Positions 53,216-64,000 of a DNA stretch of 64,000 nt are shown piece after piece. The notes under the pieces were generated by a model. That model saw only the letters and a list, made by a program, of their open reading frames with translations. It did not search any database and had not been told where the DNA came from. A program made the position numbers and the translations under genes. Numbering within the stretch: position 1 is the stretch's first letter; the number at the start of each line of letters is the position of its first letter. This DNA comes from Camelus dromedarius (lineage: Eukaryota): assembly GCF_036321535.1 (NCBI RefSeq), contig NC_087436.1, forward strand, positions 69,752,001 through 69,816,000, given 5' to 3'.

Positions 53216-55259
53216 TGTGGCAGGTCTAAAGGTTCCTTTGTCCAAATAAAACTGCATCATCTTTTTAAATATATTATTATTATTATTTAAAATATGTAAA
53301 ATTAAGACTGTCTTTTTAATATATTGTAGCCTTTTGTCCAAACAGGCTAGAATGCAACCTCTTTCAATATAAAAATACTTTTTACAGTAACAGATTATAG
53401 CTAAATTCCCTACAGCCCTCTTATGATTCACTAAGTGGATTTTTTCTAATTCATTTCCTGTTACTTGTATTGTGGTTAGGAACTGACTAACTCTGTATTC
53501 CAGTTACACAGATTTGTGATCTTTGATACCTAACTTCTAAGCCACCTTTTCCTCATCTGTAAAACAGGAACAATTGCATAGGTTGTCCCACAGGCTATGG
53601 TGAATTTACACAATGTATTTCATGTAAAGCATCTGTCAGTTTCTAGCACATAAGCATTTTGACAATGTTACATGAATAAGGAAAAGCTAACAGAACATTT
53701 TTCTGATTATGTGGCTCCTTCTGGATTTAGTATAATTAGAATCTTTATTAAACACAGAAAATGTCTTATATTCTTGATAATTCAATGATAAAAATTAAGG
53801 AGGAGAAGCTCAAAATTCTGGACCATGAACATGGAAAAAATCAGATAGGTACCTGAAGGAGATACACAGTTCATGACTTTTGATTGTCATATACTGCCAA
53901 ATAGAAAATGTCATTTTATTTAAATTGTTAAAGCGATGAGGCAAACAGGAAAATAATGTTGTCATTGTTATTTTAATGCTGAGTGAATGAGTAGTTATAA
54001 AAGATTAATAGACTTATTTGAGTTAAGTAAGTGGAGGGGATTGATTCAGATCCTGGATGCAGGACTCTGCAGGCCACTTTCTTAAACTTCGCATGTGGAG
54101 CATCATCAGGGGAAATGGCTACTCAGGAGGAACCACGGGAGGTGTCCACAGAGCTCTGAGTAACAGACAGCGCAGCCGTGCTGTAAACCATGTGTAGTAT
54201 CAAAAAATGTGGTTTTATTCAAACATTTTTTTACAAATGTAATAGTTCATAGGAAGGAATCATTAATTTCTTAAGGTTTCTTATTCAACGATTACTAGTT
54301 GGAAAAAAGTATTTATTTTGAAAGGGAAAGGGAAGTTTTGGAATGGGCTACGCAGTTGTTGATAATATATGTCAAAAATGGCAACATGGGCAACGTAAGT
54401 TATTTGTAACATATCAAATATGGGAATTTCCATCATTTGAGCCTATGAAAAATAAAAAAATTATTAATAGAATTTGGTGTAAAATTCAAATTATCCTGAC
54501 AAAATTATGTCTCATATGTATGAGGCACAGTCAATAAATGAGGGTTCTCAGCTATTGACCTTTGGGCTTCAAGTTATAGTACAACTTGCAAAAAACACCA
54601 GGAAATAGCCAAAGCAATTTCTGAAAAGTATTTAGTAAGCACATAGCTGGTGCCAGTGTAAGCCAGGTCCATTCCAGGGAACAGTATGGTGGACATGGGG
54701 CTGTCTGGCCATGACTCTGGCACTTGCTGGTACAAATTCCAGGCTTGAGAACTCTATAACTGCTTTTCTTTTTAGCAGCTGAGGATCAAGTGTTCCATGG
54801 AGACTGGGAATTGACAACCACTCAGATTACAACATTGATACATAAGACTATAATTTTTTTCAGGAATCCAGAGTCACTAAAGTCAATTCTGGTTGAATGT
54901 AACATTTGCAGGGGCTTTGACAAGAATTCAGAGATTTATTTGTCTGTATCCATCCTCTTAGAAAATATCACAGACTTTTTAAAACAAAAATTCTTCTTTA
55001 GTATTGACATACATGCAAGCTTATTAATGGTTAGATCATTTCTCAAGATTTTCAAATCACAGAAAAGTGATAATGCTTAAAGAAAGTGTGTGTACTGAAT
55101 TTCTACAAACTGTCTATTTCTAATATATATCAAATTTGTATATATTACAAGATCTGGAACATAAGATGTGGAACAAGATATTTCTGCTCCCTTATTGCAG
55201 TAATTCACTGCTAAGACTTCCCATAGTGTGGCTTAAAATGTGTACTAATTCTAATATAT

Positions 55260-55303
<44 letters not shown>
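55260..55303. repeat. (TAAC)n microsatellite
   Basis: Direct reading. Confidence 0.95.
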
Positions 55304-55424
55304 ATATTAAGCCCCTATCTGGTTCTAATTACTATGCAAGATACTTTCATATCTCTTTATATTAGGTGAGAAACCTAATTATCTGAGGAACCCTGAGGAT
55401 GTGTGGCAAGAAGAGGTCTGATTT

Positions 55425-55735
55425 ATGATGGTGGTCAAAGGGTACAAACTTCCAGTTATAAGATAAGTAAGTCCTGGGGATCTAATTTATACCATGGTGA
55501 CTATAGTCAACAATACTGTACTGTATACTTGAAAGTTGCTGAGAGTTAGATCTTAAATGTTCTCACAACACAGAAACACACACACAAAACTAACCATGTG
55601 AGGTGATAGAGTGTTAACTAACCTTATTGTGGTAATCATTTCACAACATAAACATATATCAAACCATTACATTATACAGCTTAAACTTACCCAATGTCAT
55701 ATAACAAATTTGTCTCAATAAAGCCGGAAAAAATA
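55425..55735 (+). mobile_element. L1MA-type 3' end
   Basis: ggtcaaagggtacaaacttccagttataag...tctcaataaagccggaaaaa. Confidence 0.85.
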
Positions 55736-56240
55736 CTATGTATTTAGAAAGTTAAATAAATAAAACTATTTAAAATTTAAACCTTGTTTCAGTTGTGTGT
55801 GTGAATGTTATGACAAATCATGCATTTTTCCCTATGAGTTGCATTTTAAAAGGTTTAAAAGCTACTTTAGAAGAATGTGAGGAAGATGGGTTGGGGAATG
55901 GAGAATATTGGACATAGGGAATCTAATTGAAACCACTGTAACAGTCCAGAAGAGAAGGAAGAACTAAAATAAGGAAATGGCAATGAGGATGGAAGAGCCT
56001 GACTCCTGGAATACACAAGAAGGAAAAACTTAATTACTATTAGATGCCAAAGGGAAGGGGCAAGGAAAGGATAAGGTGAGTCTCAGATTCCAGCTTGGAT
56101 GCATGAGTGACTAAGGACCATCAGCTTAGGAACTAAACAAAAGTAAGGAGAGATTTGGAGGGAAAAATAATAATTTCAGTTTGAACTATACCCATCAGAC
56201 ATCTAAAGGGAATGTGAAGTTAGACAAAGACTTCAAGCTA

Positions 56241-56376
56241 ACAGGGAACTATATTCAATATCTTATAACAACCTTTAATGAAAAATAATATGGAAACGAA
56301 TATATGCTTGAGTGGGACATTATGCTGTGCACCAGACTAACACATGAAACTGACAATACTTCAATTTAAAAAAAAA
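56241..56376 (+). mobile_element. Short L1 3'-tail insertion with 15-bp TSD, inside a minus-strand L2 (~55870-56690)
   Basis: TSD aaagacttcaagcta / aaagtcttcaagcta, poly-A tail. Confidence 0.85.
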
Positions 56377-57064
56377 AAAGTCTTCAAGCTAAAGGTGTAG
56401 GCTAGGGAGTCAGAAGTAGATTATATTATTCAGAGTAAGTGTAAGCTAAAAAGTTAAGAGGTCATGTACGATGAATTGGAGAAAAAAGAATCAGCAAAGA
56501 TTAAAGCTGCCATCAGAAACGTTGAAAAAGAACAAGAGAGAATGTATAAGAAGCCCAGGAAAAGACAACTAGTTTTCTGAATGGGAGTAGTCACCACCAT
56601 TATATGCCCGAAAAATGTCAGTATCCTGAAGACAAAAAAGCCTTTATGGTTTTCACAGTTAAGTGGCAACTGGCAGCTTTTGTCAGAACAATTTCAGATA
56701 AGTATAAGAAACAGAAACACAGTTGTAAGGTAAAGAAGTGAATATATATATTATAAGTTATATATATAAGTTATATATGTAAGTTATATATACATGCACA
56801 CAAACACACATATACACACACATGCAGGCTCACACACACACACACACACACAAAACCCGTTATCCTAGTCCTAAGGAAATCCACTCTAACCCCAGGTTGG
56901 TCAAAATGAAAGCTAAAATACAACGACATACTAGTTTTAATAAATTAGGTTTCTAATGGAACAATTTTCTTTAAATCAGTGAGATAAATTGAATGTTCAG
57001 ATACAGGCAAAGAAAGTTTAATGTTTCTTTAATTTTGCACTGATTTTTCTAAACTTCTGCTATG

Positions 57065-57325
57065 GTGACAGTATAAAGCACTAGTTAAAGAGTATGGGTT
57101 TTGGAACCAAATTGCTGGTATTCGATATTCTCTGTCAGAGTACAAGTTATAATACTTTAGACCTGTTATTATTTCTCCATCTCTTTATCTGTAAAATGGA
57201 GATGATGTTGATAATAGTACTTTGCTCTTGGAGTTGGTTGTTCTGCAGATTAAATGAGGTAACACATACAAAGTGCTTACGTTTGTGCTTGAGCACTTAA
57301 AGCCCTCAAGAAATGTTAGTTGTCA
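57065..57325 (+). mobile_element. MIR SINE
   Basis: gttaaagagtatgggttttggaacc...tctgtaaaatggagatg...aagaaatgttag. Confidence 0.75.
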
Positions 57326-58112
57326 CAATTTTTCTGAGTTCTCTTGAGAAAAATTCCTAGAAATTATAAAAGAAAGGAAGGGACATTGATGTATTGCTAC
57401 AGCTTGGTTCATAAAAATTCTGTTGAAACAGAAACTGAACACAAGTATGCAATATTTTTGAGGGCTTTTAAATAAATGATGAAAAGCCCAAGTTTTATGC
57501 ATATATATTTAAAGTGATTCTTGAATTTTTTGAGGGCACTAGTTTTCAGTCCTATATTTGATGGATATACACCGTCTGTTGTGTTAAGTGCATCTTTAAT
57601 TGAAAAACAGATTATTGTGTTTCATAACATAACCACGATATCTGATGCTACCAAATACAGTCCATTGATCTTTGACGTTCTAACCCTAAAATCAAAGAGC
57701 TAAAAGTAGAATCATGCAAAGGGTTTCAATTCCATATTTAACATTTTTAGATTGTTTTCTTAAAATTACAGCACTATCAAAAAAACTTTCTAATAGATTA
57801 TAATCAATACCAACAGGATACTGAGGAAATAATGTTTTAATTATAGAAATTAAAGGAAAAAGATTTTTAAATAAGTGCACGGGGCTACATTATGTGAAGT
57901 GATGAGCTTGGAACATACAAAGATACACAACTGTGAAAAGAAACCACAAATAGTTGTATTTGGTAGTCACTCAGCCAAAGTTTCAATGAAACTGTAAATG
58001 TCAGTTATTCCTCAATTTCAACACACTGTGATAGTTGATGATTCAACTAATAACTGATCCCAGGGAGAGGCCTTCAAGCCGCAAACTTCTCCATTCCATT
58101 CACTTCTGAGTG

Positions 58113-58199
58113 TATAAATTAGCTGTGATATTCCAGGGCCAGTCACTCCCAATTTGTTATCACAGTATCCAAGAGAAGACACTGACTGGCAAGTCTGAG
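58113..58199 (+). promoter_or_regulatory. FDCSP: FDCSP TATA box (58113-58118) and non-coding exon 1 (~58141-58199)
   Basis: TATAAA, then agtcact...aagagaagacactgactggcaagtctgag|gtaaga, similar to the human FDCSP 5'UTR as recalled. Confidence 0.8.
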
Positions 58200-59222
58200 G
58201 TAAGAGAGTTCTTAAATATCATTGATCTTAAATATCAAGATATTTTATGTACCTTATATATAATCTATATTATCTAGACAGATAGATATAGATATATACG
58301 CATCCTGTAAGCTGTCCAAATTAAAATTATTGAGATTGGCATGTAATGGTTGCTTGAATTTGTAAACTATAAGTAATTAGACAATCATGTGGGATACACC
58401 TATTTATAAAACTTTTTCTTAAAATCACCCTTCAGCTATAGTAAATGCATATTTTAGAATGACCATGAATAAATCTTCGGCAGGGGAGGGGGGCATGCTG
58501 GTGGCACACCAAGACTGTTACAGAGCCTCACGCTCATCAGTTTTAATTTTAAGGGTCTAAGTCAGCAAATAAAGGGAACATGCACTAACCAATATTCTCT
58601 AAAGTATGAACAGATGCCAATTTACTTGTAGCCTCTGGTGTTACCTTTAAAATTTGCTGTATTTACATTCCATTCTATAACATACCATGTTGATTTTAAG
58701 ATAAAAGTTACTTGTGCTCTCCTATAAATCTTTGAGTGAAGTTGATGCTGCAGGAAGATGCATCTAACTTATTCAGACACTGGGTTTATTCCCCAACATA
58801 CAGCAATGTATTGCTATGTATGTACCACAGCTTGAGAAGACAAATAAAAGGTGGTAATTGGTAATTATGCTATGTGCCGACTACAAAACATGACCTGGAA
58901 GAATCCATGAGGTGTTTTATTTACCTTTTTGCTTAAAGTGGTTTTAAATAATCCTTGAAACCAGTTTGATACCTTCTATTGTAAATGTTCTGCTTGAATT
59001 CTATCCTCTCCAAAACTATCCTTGATTTGTCTCTGTTTTCTTCTTTATCCTCTCAGTATTTTGTAATTTCTATGTATAGTACAATGTAAAAGTATCTGTC
59101 TTTCCTTACTAGCTGCCAGAGGGCAGAAATTATGCCCCTGACAGAACCTAGCACAATGCTTTGCACTTAGAAGTTAGGCTATATGCATGTATATATGTGT
59201 GTTTATGAGAAGTAGCTGTGTG

Positions 59223-59226
<4 letters not shown>

Positions 59227-59257
<31 letters not shown>
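59227..59257. repeat. (TG)n microsatellite
   Basis: Direct reading. Confidence 0.95.
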
Positions 59258-59258
<1 letters not shown>

Positions 59259-60615
59259 CAGTGTGTGCCTGTGTGTAAAACTTTCACTGTTAATTGCTTA
59301 TGCTGCTAGTCTTCCTATAGAATTTTGAACTTGACTTGTCTTATTACAATCATAACATTACCTGGTATTTTCTTTAAATCCCAATTTGAATTTTGATTAA
59401 TATAACAAAAAGTGAAGACAAAGTTAAAAGCTTGAGTATATTTTTTCTTTCACATTTTATTTTTCTGTCTCATAGATATTTAGAAAACATCAAGAGATGA
59501 TGAAATCTCCCTAGAATCTTATTAAAATCAACTCCATGCCACCCCATTTTAATAATAATGACATGGGCAACTGACATTTTCCTCAATGTAAAATTAATTA
59601 AATAATCTTCGGAAAACATGGTGATGTATCATACAACATTATAACAATGTTAAGGTCCATGAAAGTAGGGACTTTCTCAGCTGTTATCTATACCCAGTTC
59701 CTAGAATAGTGCTTGACAATCAGTGATCAAGAAATACCTTATGGATAAATAAGTGAATAAATATGAGGGCAACTTGAAGAAAAGTCCCCTAGCGAACCCC
59801 CTCTTTCCAATCTGACTGCTCTCCCATATACTCCATAGTGTAAACTGCATGCACACCATGACAAAGAGGAAGGCTAATGACTAATGGTACCACCCCACAG
59901 GGAAAATTGCCCATTTGTGTTTGAAATCAAGTAATAAAAACAGGCGTATTGTATTTATAAAAAAATATTGTTTTAAATGCAAGCTTCTATGCTTTATTGT
60001 CTACATCTCAATTGTATAATATGATCGTTAGTTAAATATTTGATTTAGCTCAGATTCCTCAAATATTTATTAGCAAATATAACTGATACACTATAACAAA
60101 GTGTATCATAAGTCTACAGTAGAAACTAAAGGAGAACAAAATGCTTTGGAAATGTCTTTTCTCATATTTCAAAAATAGATCCCCTCCAAACAGCATGGAA
60201 TTTGGGGGGCTGCCTGGGAACCAATGCAAATAATCCATCACCTAAATTAATCTCATGGTTATTATTGTATGGAATCTTGTTTTTAAATGCTTAAGATCTC
60301 TAAGTAACTTATTCCCATATTAATATTCTCTGTATAAACCAAGGCCATATTTCATTCCAGAAACTACTCTTATCACCATGTTATATTATTCTTAAATAAT
60401 ACGTGAGTATTTGTTTTTAAAAGAATCAATGCAACATAGCTATAATATTGCAAAACACCTTTGATGTTACCTAAAAAACAATGCTCCAAATAGGTTGATG
60501 TCCTAAGATTGCTAAGTAACCTGTCCAAGGTCAAAGAGCTATTAGTAACACAATTTGTACCACAGCTAGATCTTCTGAGTTTGTGTTAACATTTGGTCTT
60601 TCTGTTACTCCTAGC

Positions 60616-62293
60616 ATGTCTCTGAATAAGATTAAAGTCCTCCTTCTGATCACAGCCATGTTGGCAGTGACCACTGGTTTCCCGGTGAGTATCCATTTCT
60701 ACATTCCAGAGTATTTATGGGTTTTTTTGTTGTTCTAATTCATGAATCCTAGGATTTTTCTCCTCTTCATACTGTATTCTACTTTATAAGCATACTTAAT
60801 ATCTGGCTTTTTAATGTTATATTCTATAAAATTTTATAAATTATACACTGTTCAGTGTGTAGCTTAATTCCACATAGCCTTGGTGCAGTGGTGAATTTGA
60901 GGCATTTAGAGTAAATTTAGAGTAACATTTTTCAGAAAAATAATTCCTACAATATTTTCTGGAAGCTTAAATCCTAGGTTAAAAAAAATATATACTATGA
61001 GACAATGTTAGCTAGTGAATAATCAAATTATTTCTCTCCTATATAGGTGTATATTTCTCTGTGTGTTTTATTAGCATGAGTTGAACTAATTTTACTGTTT
61101 GAGCTTTAGGTCTCTCAAGGCAAGGAAAGAGAAGAACGAAGTGTAAGTTACACTTTCTCTTTTTATCATGTAAAATTTCCATATGAAATATTCACGACTG
61201 TGGTTAAAGATATTTCTTTATCCAAACATCTTGAAATCTAGAGAAATCCTTAGAAAGTTTGAATATTAGACTCAACAGAGGTTTAGCCTTCACGAATTTG
61301 TTCTCTGCTTGCAGAAAGAGAATTATCTTATCATCTCATGTAACAGTGGGACTAAACTGATTTATCACTCTGTGATGGATTGGGTTATAATATATTTTAC
61401 TGACATTTTCTAGTCTAATAAAGGTTCATAATTGCTCATGTCTCCACTCACCTTTAACTAACTACAAAACCAATTCCAGAGAAGGTAAAATAATGATGAT
61501 GATGATGATGATGATGAAGAAGAACAACAACAGCAACAACAACAACAACAACAACTTGAGAATTAGGAAATGTGGACCTGTTCTGATGACCCCACTGGTG
61601 GAAAATTCATTAAAAGCTTATTTTGGTCTAAACAGTTAATCAAAAATGTTTAACAAAAAGAAAATAAAATTTGAAAAGAAAGGGTCTTGTTTAGGAATTT
61701 GTTTACACTCATAAATCTTATTATCTGGAAGGAAGCATGATTTTGAGACCAAAACTAGCATGTTAAGGATACAGAAATTAAAAGGAATATGGAAGGAAGG
61801 TGGAGAGGGAAAGAGGGAAGAAAGAAAAGAGGTAGATGAGACTGTGTCTGAGGTCCTTGGGCAAAGAAGGAGGAACTGATGTCTCCTCTTCAACATCCTC
61901 ACTTTGGCCTTATACTTACAGAACTGATTATCAGGAAAATTTGGCTACAAGTAGAAACGTACAAGCACATGGTTATCTCTAAGTAATTTCCTAAAATTTT
62001 CTTTAAAAAATGCAAATTAATCAAATCCCTGTTTACAGTATACACAGAAAAGGTAAATGATTTCAGAACTTCTAAAACCTCTACTTAAAAATGAAAACTC
62101 ACATGTTAATTTGACTTCTTTCTTTCAACAGGTCAGTGACAGAAATGAACTACCTTCGCAGCTTTGTTTGCCCCCTTACCGATATCCATTTGGCACATAT
62201 CCACCATTCCTATACCCATGGCTTAGCTACTTTTATCCTCCTATTCCAGTACCTGGGTCTGCCCCCACACCTATCCCTCTTAATGAGCAGTAA
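60616..62293 (+). CDS. FDCSP: FDCSP, follicular dendritic cell secreted protein: join(60616-60684,61110-61142,62132-62293), ~87 aa; start codon uncertain
   Basis: (MSLNKI)KVLLLITAMLAVTTGFP|VSQGKEREERS|VSDRNELPSQLCLPPYRYPFGTYPPFLYPWLSYFYPPIPVPGSAPTPIPLNEQ*; phase-0 AG/GT exons; downstream of ODAM. Confidence 0.88.
61492..61556. repeat. Compound trinucleotide microsatellite (GAT)n(GAA)n(CAA)n in an FDCSP intron
   Basis: Direct reading. Confidence 0.9.
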
Positions 62294-63156
62294 ATAAGAA
62301 AAATAAAGTGCAATTTAAGATGAAATAGGTGGTAAGTATATAGAGGAAAGCATGTTTTTTCTAACTTTGTTCTTTGTGGATTGAAATGCATCATTTCATG
62401 AAAAAAAATGTTATAATGTTTTCACTTGGCACCACTAAGTTACAAATTATTTCAATCTTGTTCTCTGGTAGAAATTGTTAGGATCTCTACTCAGAGGTAC
62501 AAACACGTGTCCTTCCATGATCCAACCAACACAGCAGCTTAAACCCCTCACTTGCTGTGATGTAATACAAATAAACTCTGTCTTATTAAAATATCTTCTG
62601 CAAAATATTTTTTAACATTTTCTACTATCATCAAGGGCTGTGCATTTAAGGGCTGAATCAGAGCACTAAAGAAGGCAAAACTTTAACCAAAGATCATAAT
62701 AGATGAACTTGTGGATTTAGAGTCTAAGGTAGACCTCAGCCTATTTCCTAGAAAATCATGCATTTTTCTAATTAATATTAAAACCCTAACTTCTGATGGT
62801 CGCATTACAATAAAACCCTAAAGGCTGAATACTCCACTTGTAACAGAGGTCATTATCGTCTCATCATCTCAAAAACGAACTGATGGTCCGTTCGTTATCA
62901 ATGAATTGAGGAAATGTAGACTATACTAAAGATTATATTAGGACCCAGAGGACAAAATCTTTCATCTAATACCAACTAGTAAAGACCTGTGACTTCTTTC
63001 CTGCAACTACTCAGTCTTCCCGAGCAGAAAGTTTCCCAGTCCTTGAACTAGATATACTTTTGAGGCACCATTTATAATTAAAAAGTAAAAAACTTACGCG
63101 TTTGCGAGCAAATGACCCACTGAGATTAATAACTATATGCCTGTGATTTATTTCAG

Positions 63157-63310
63157 GTCACTGTAAAATTGAACGTGAGCCACTTCCTTGAAGAATCCAT
63201 ACTTCTGTTAATGAAAGAAAAATAAATGTAATTGAAATATTATACAGTGTTCTCTCATTAATGTATTTGGCACTCCTCTTTAGTAAACATGACAGAGAAG
63301 ATCTTGGTTT
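63157..63310 (+). other. FDCSP: FDCSP terminal 3'UTR exon
   Basis: tttatttcag| acceptor, gagccacttccttgaagaatc, AATAAA at 63221 and AGTAAA at 63282; preceding exon ends at 62331 (|gtaagt). Confidence 0.75.
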
Positions 63311-64000
63311 CCCATTTTCTAAGTGTGTGTTGCTGGTAGGAATGCAAAATAAATTTTAACAGATTTGAATATATACTTCCTGTTGACTAACTATTCTAGG
63401 GAAAGCATTGGGAGTGGAGGTGACCAAAATCAACCAGTCCTGGAATTACCTTGAATGAAAGTCTATTCAGTAGCTTACGGTTGTACCTCTGCTGCTTGTA
63501 TTAAGGAGAGCAGATGATGATTTAATTTTAAAAAACCTACTGAATAATTGAGTCTGATTACTCAATTATGCAACTGAATCTGTGATTTATATGCCATAGG
63601 ATATTAAGCTTGATGTGTTGGTTTAGGATATCAAATCAATCAAGTAATATCTCTAACATCAGAAAAACAAAAAGGAGATAATGGGTGGAATCCTAAAAAC
63701 AGCATTTGTATCATGCATATAGGTTATAAAGTGCTTTCTCAAATCATTATATCACAGAACCTCCACATAATCTTGGTACAGTCCTCACATCTCATATGTG
63801 GGGAAATTGAAGACCATGAAGTCCTGTGTCCTACACGCTTGTAGATCCAGTATGTAGCAGAAAAGTAAAAACCTGGATCCAAGTCTTATGCCTTATGTTT
63901 CAACAGCATATCTAGTAAAATAAATTCTGTTTCCAGGACTCCACAATGACAATGACAGCACCAAAGAAAATTCAGACTCATGCTAATAAGGGTAACTTCT

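Noticed and set aside
1..64000. CRISPR arrays, operons, rRNA or other prokaryotic systems
   Set aside because: The sequence is intron-rich mammalian DNA; no spaced direct-repeat arrays seen
63310..64000. CSN3 (expected downstream of FDCSP)
   Set aside because: No kappa-casein exon recognisable within the window

Overview
AT-rich mammalian genomic DNA, very likely camelid: there is a Vic-1-type tRNA-derived SINE at ~35.2 kb and I saw no ruminant or pig SINEs. The window is part of the secretory calcium-binding phosphoprotein (SCPP)/casein cluster. All genes are on the + strand: the 3' half of PRR27 (C4orf40; exons 200-688, 3450-3498 and a 3'UTR exon), a complete ODAM (10 phase-0 coding exons, 278 aa, 38897-45412) and FDCSP (5 exons, 58.1-63.3 kb). 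The rest is L1, L2, MIR, LTR and DNA-transposon remnants plus microsatellites. The main unexpected signal lies between PRR27 and ODAM (~12.8-19.2 kb): an ancient ~4.3 kb tandem duplication. Each copy has a casein/statherin-style TATA box and a ~43-nt non-coding first exon, followed by a 17-codon SCPP signal-peptide exon, which suggests two relic SCPP genes I do not recognise. Other points: a STAT5 GAS cluster with CTCF-like sites upstream of ODAM, an FDCSP whose ancestral ATG appears mutated to ATT, and an RGDLxxL motif in PRR27. Repeat family names and boundaries are by eye and approximate, and ortholog comparisons are from memory, not from a search.
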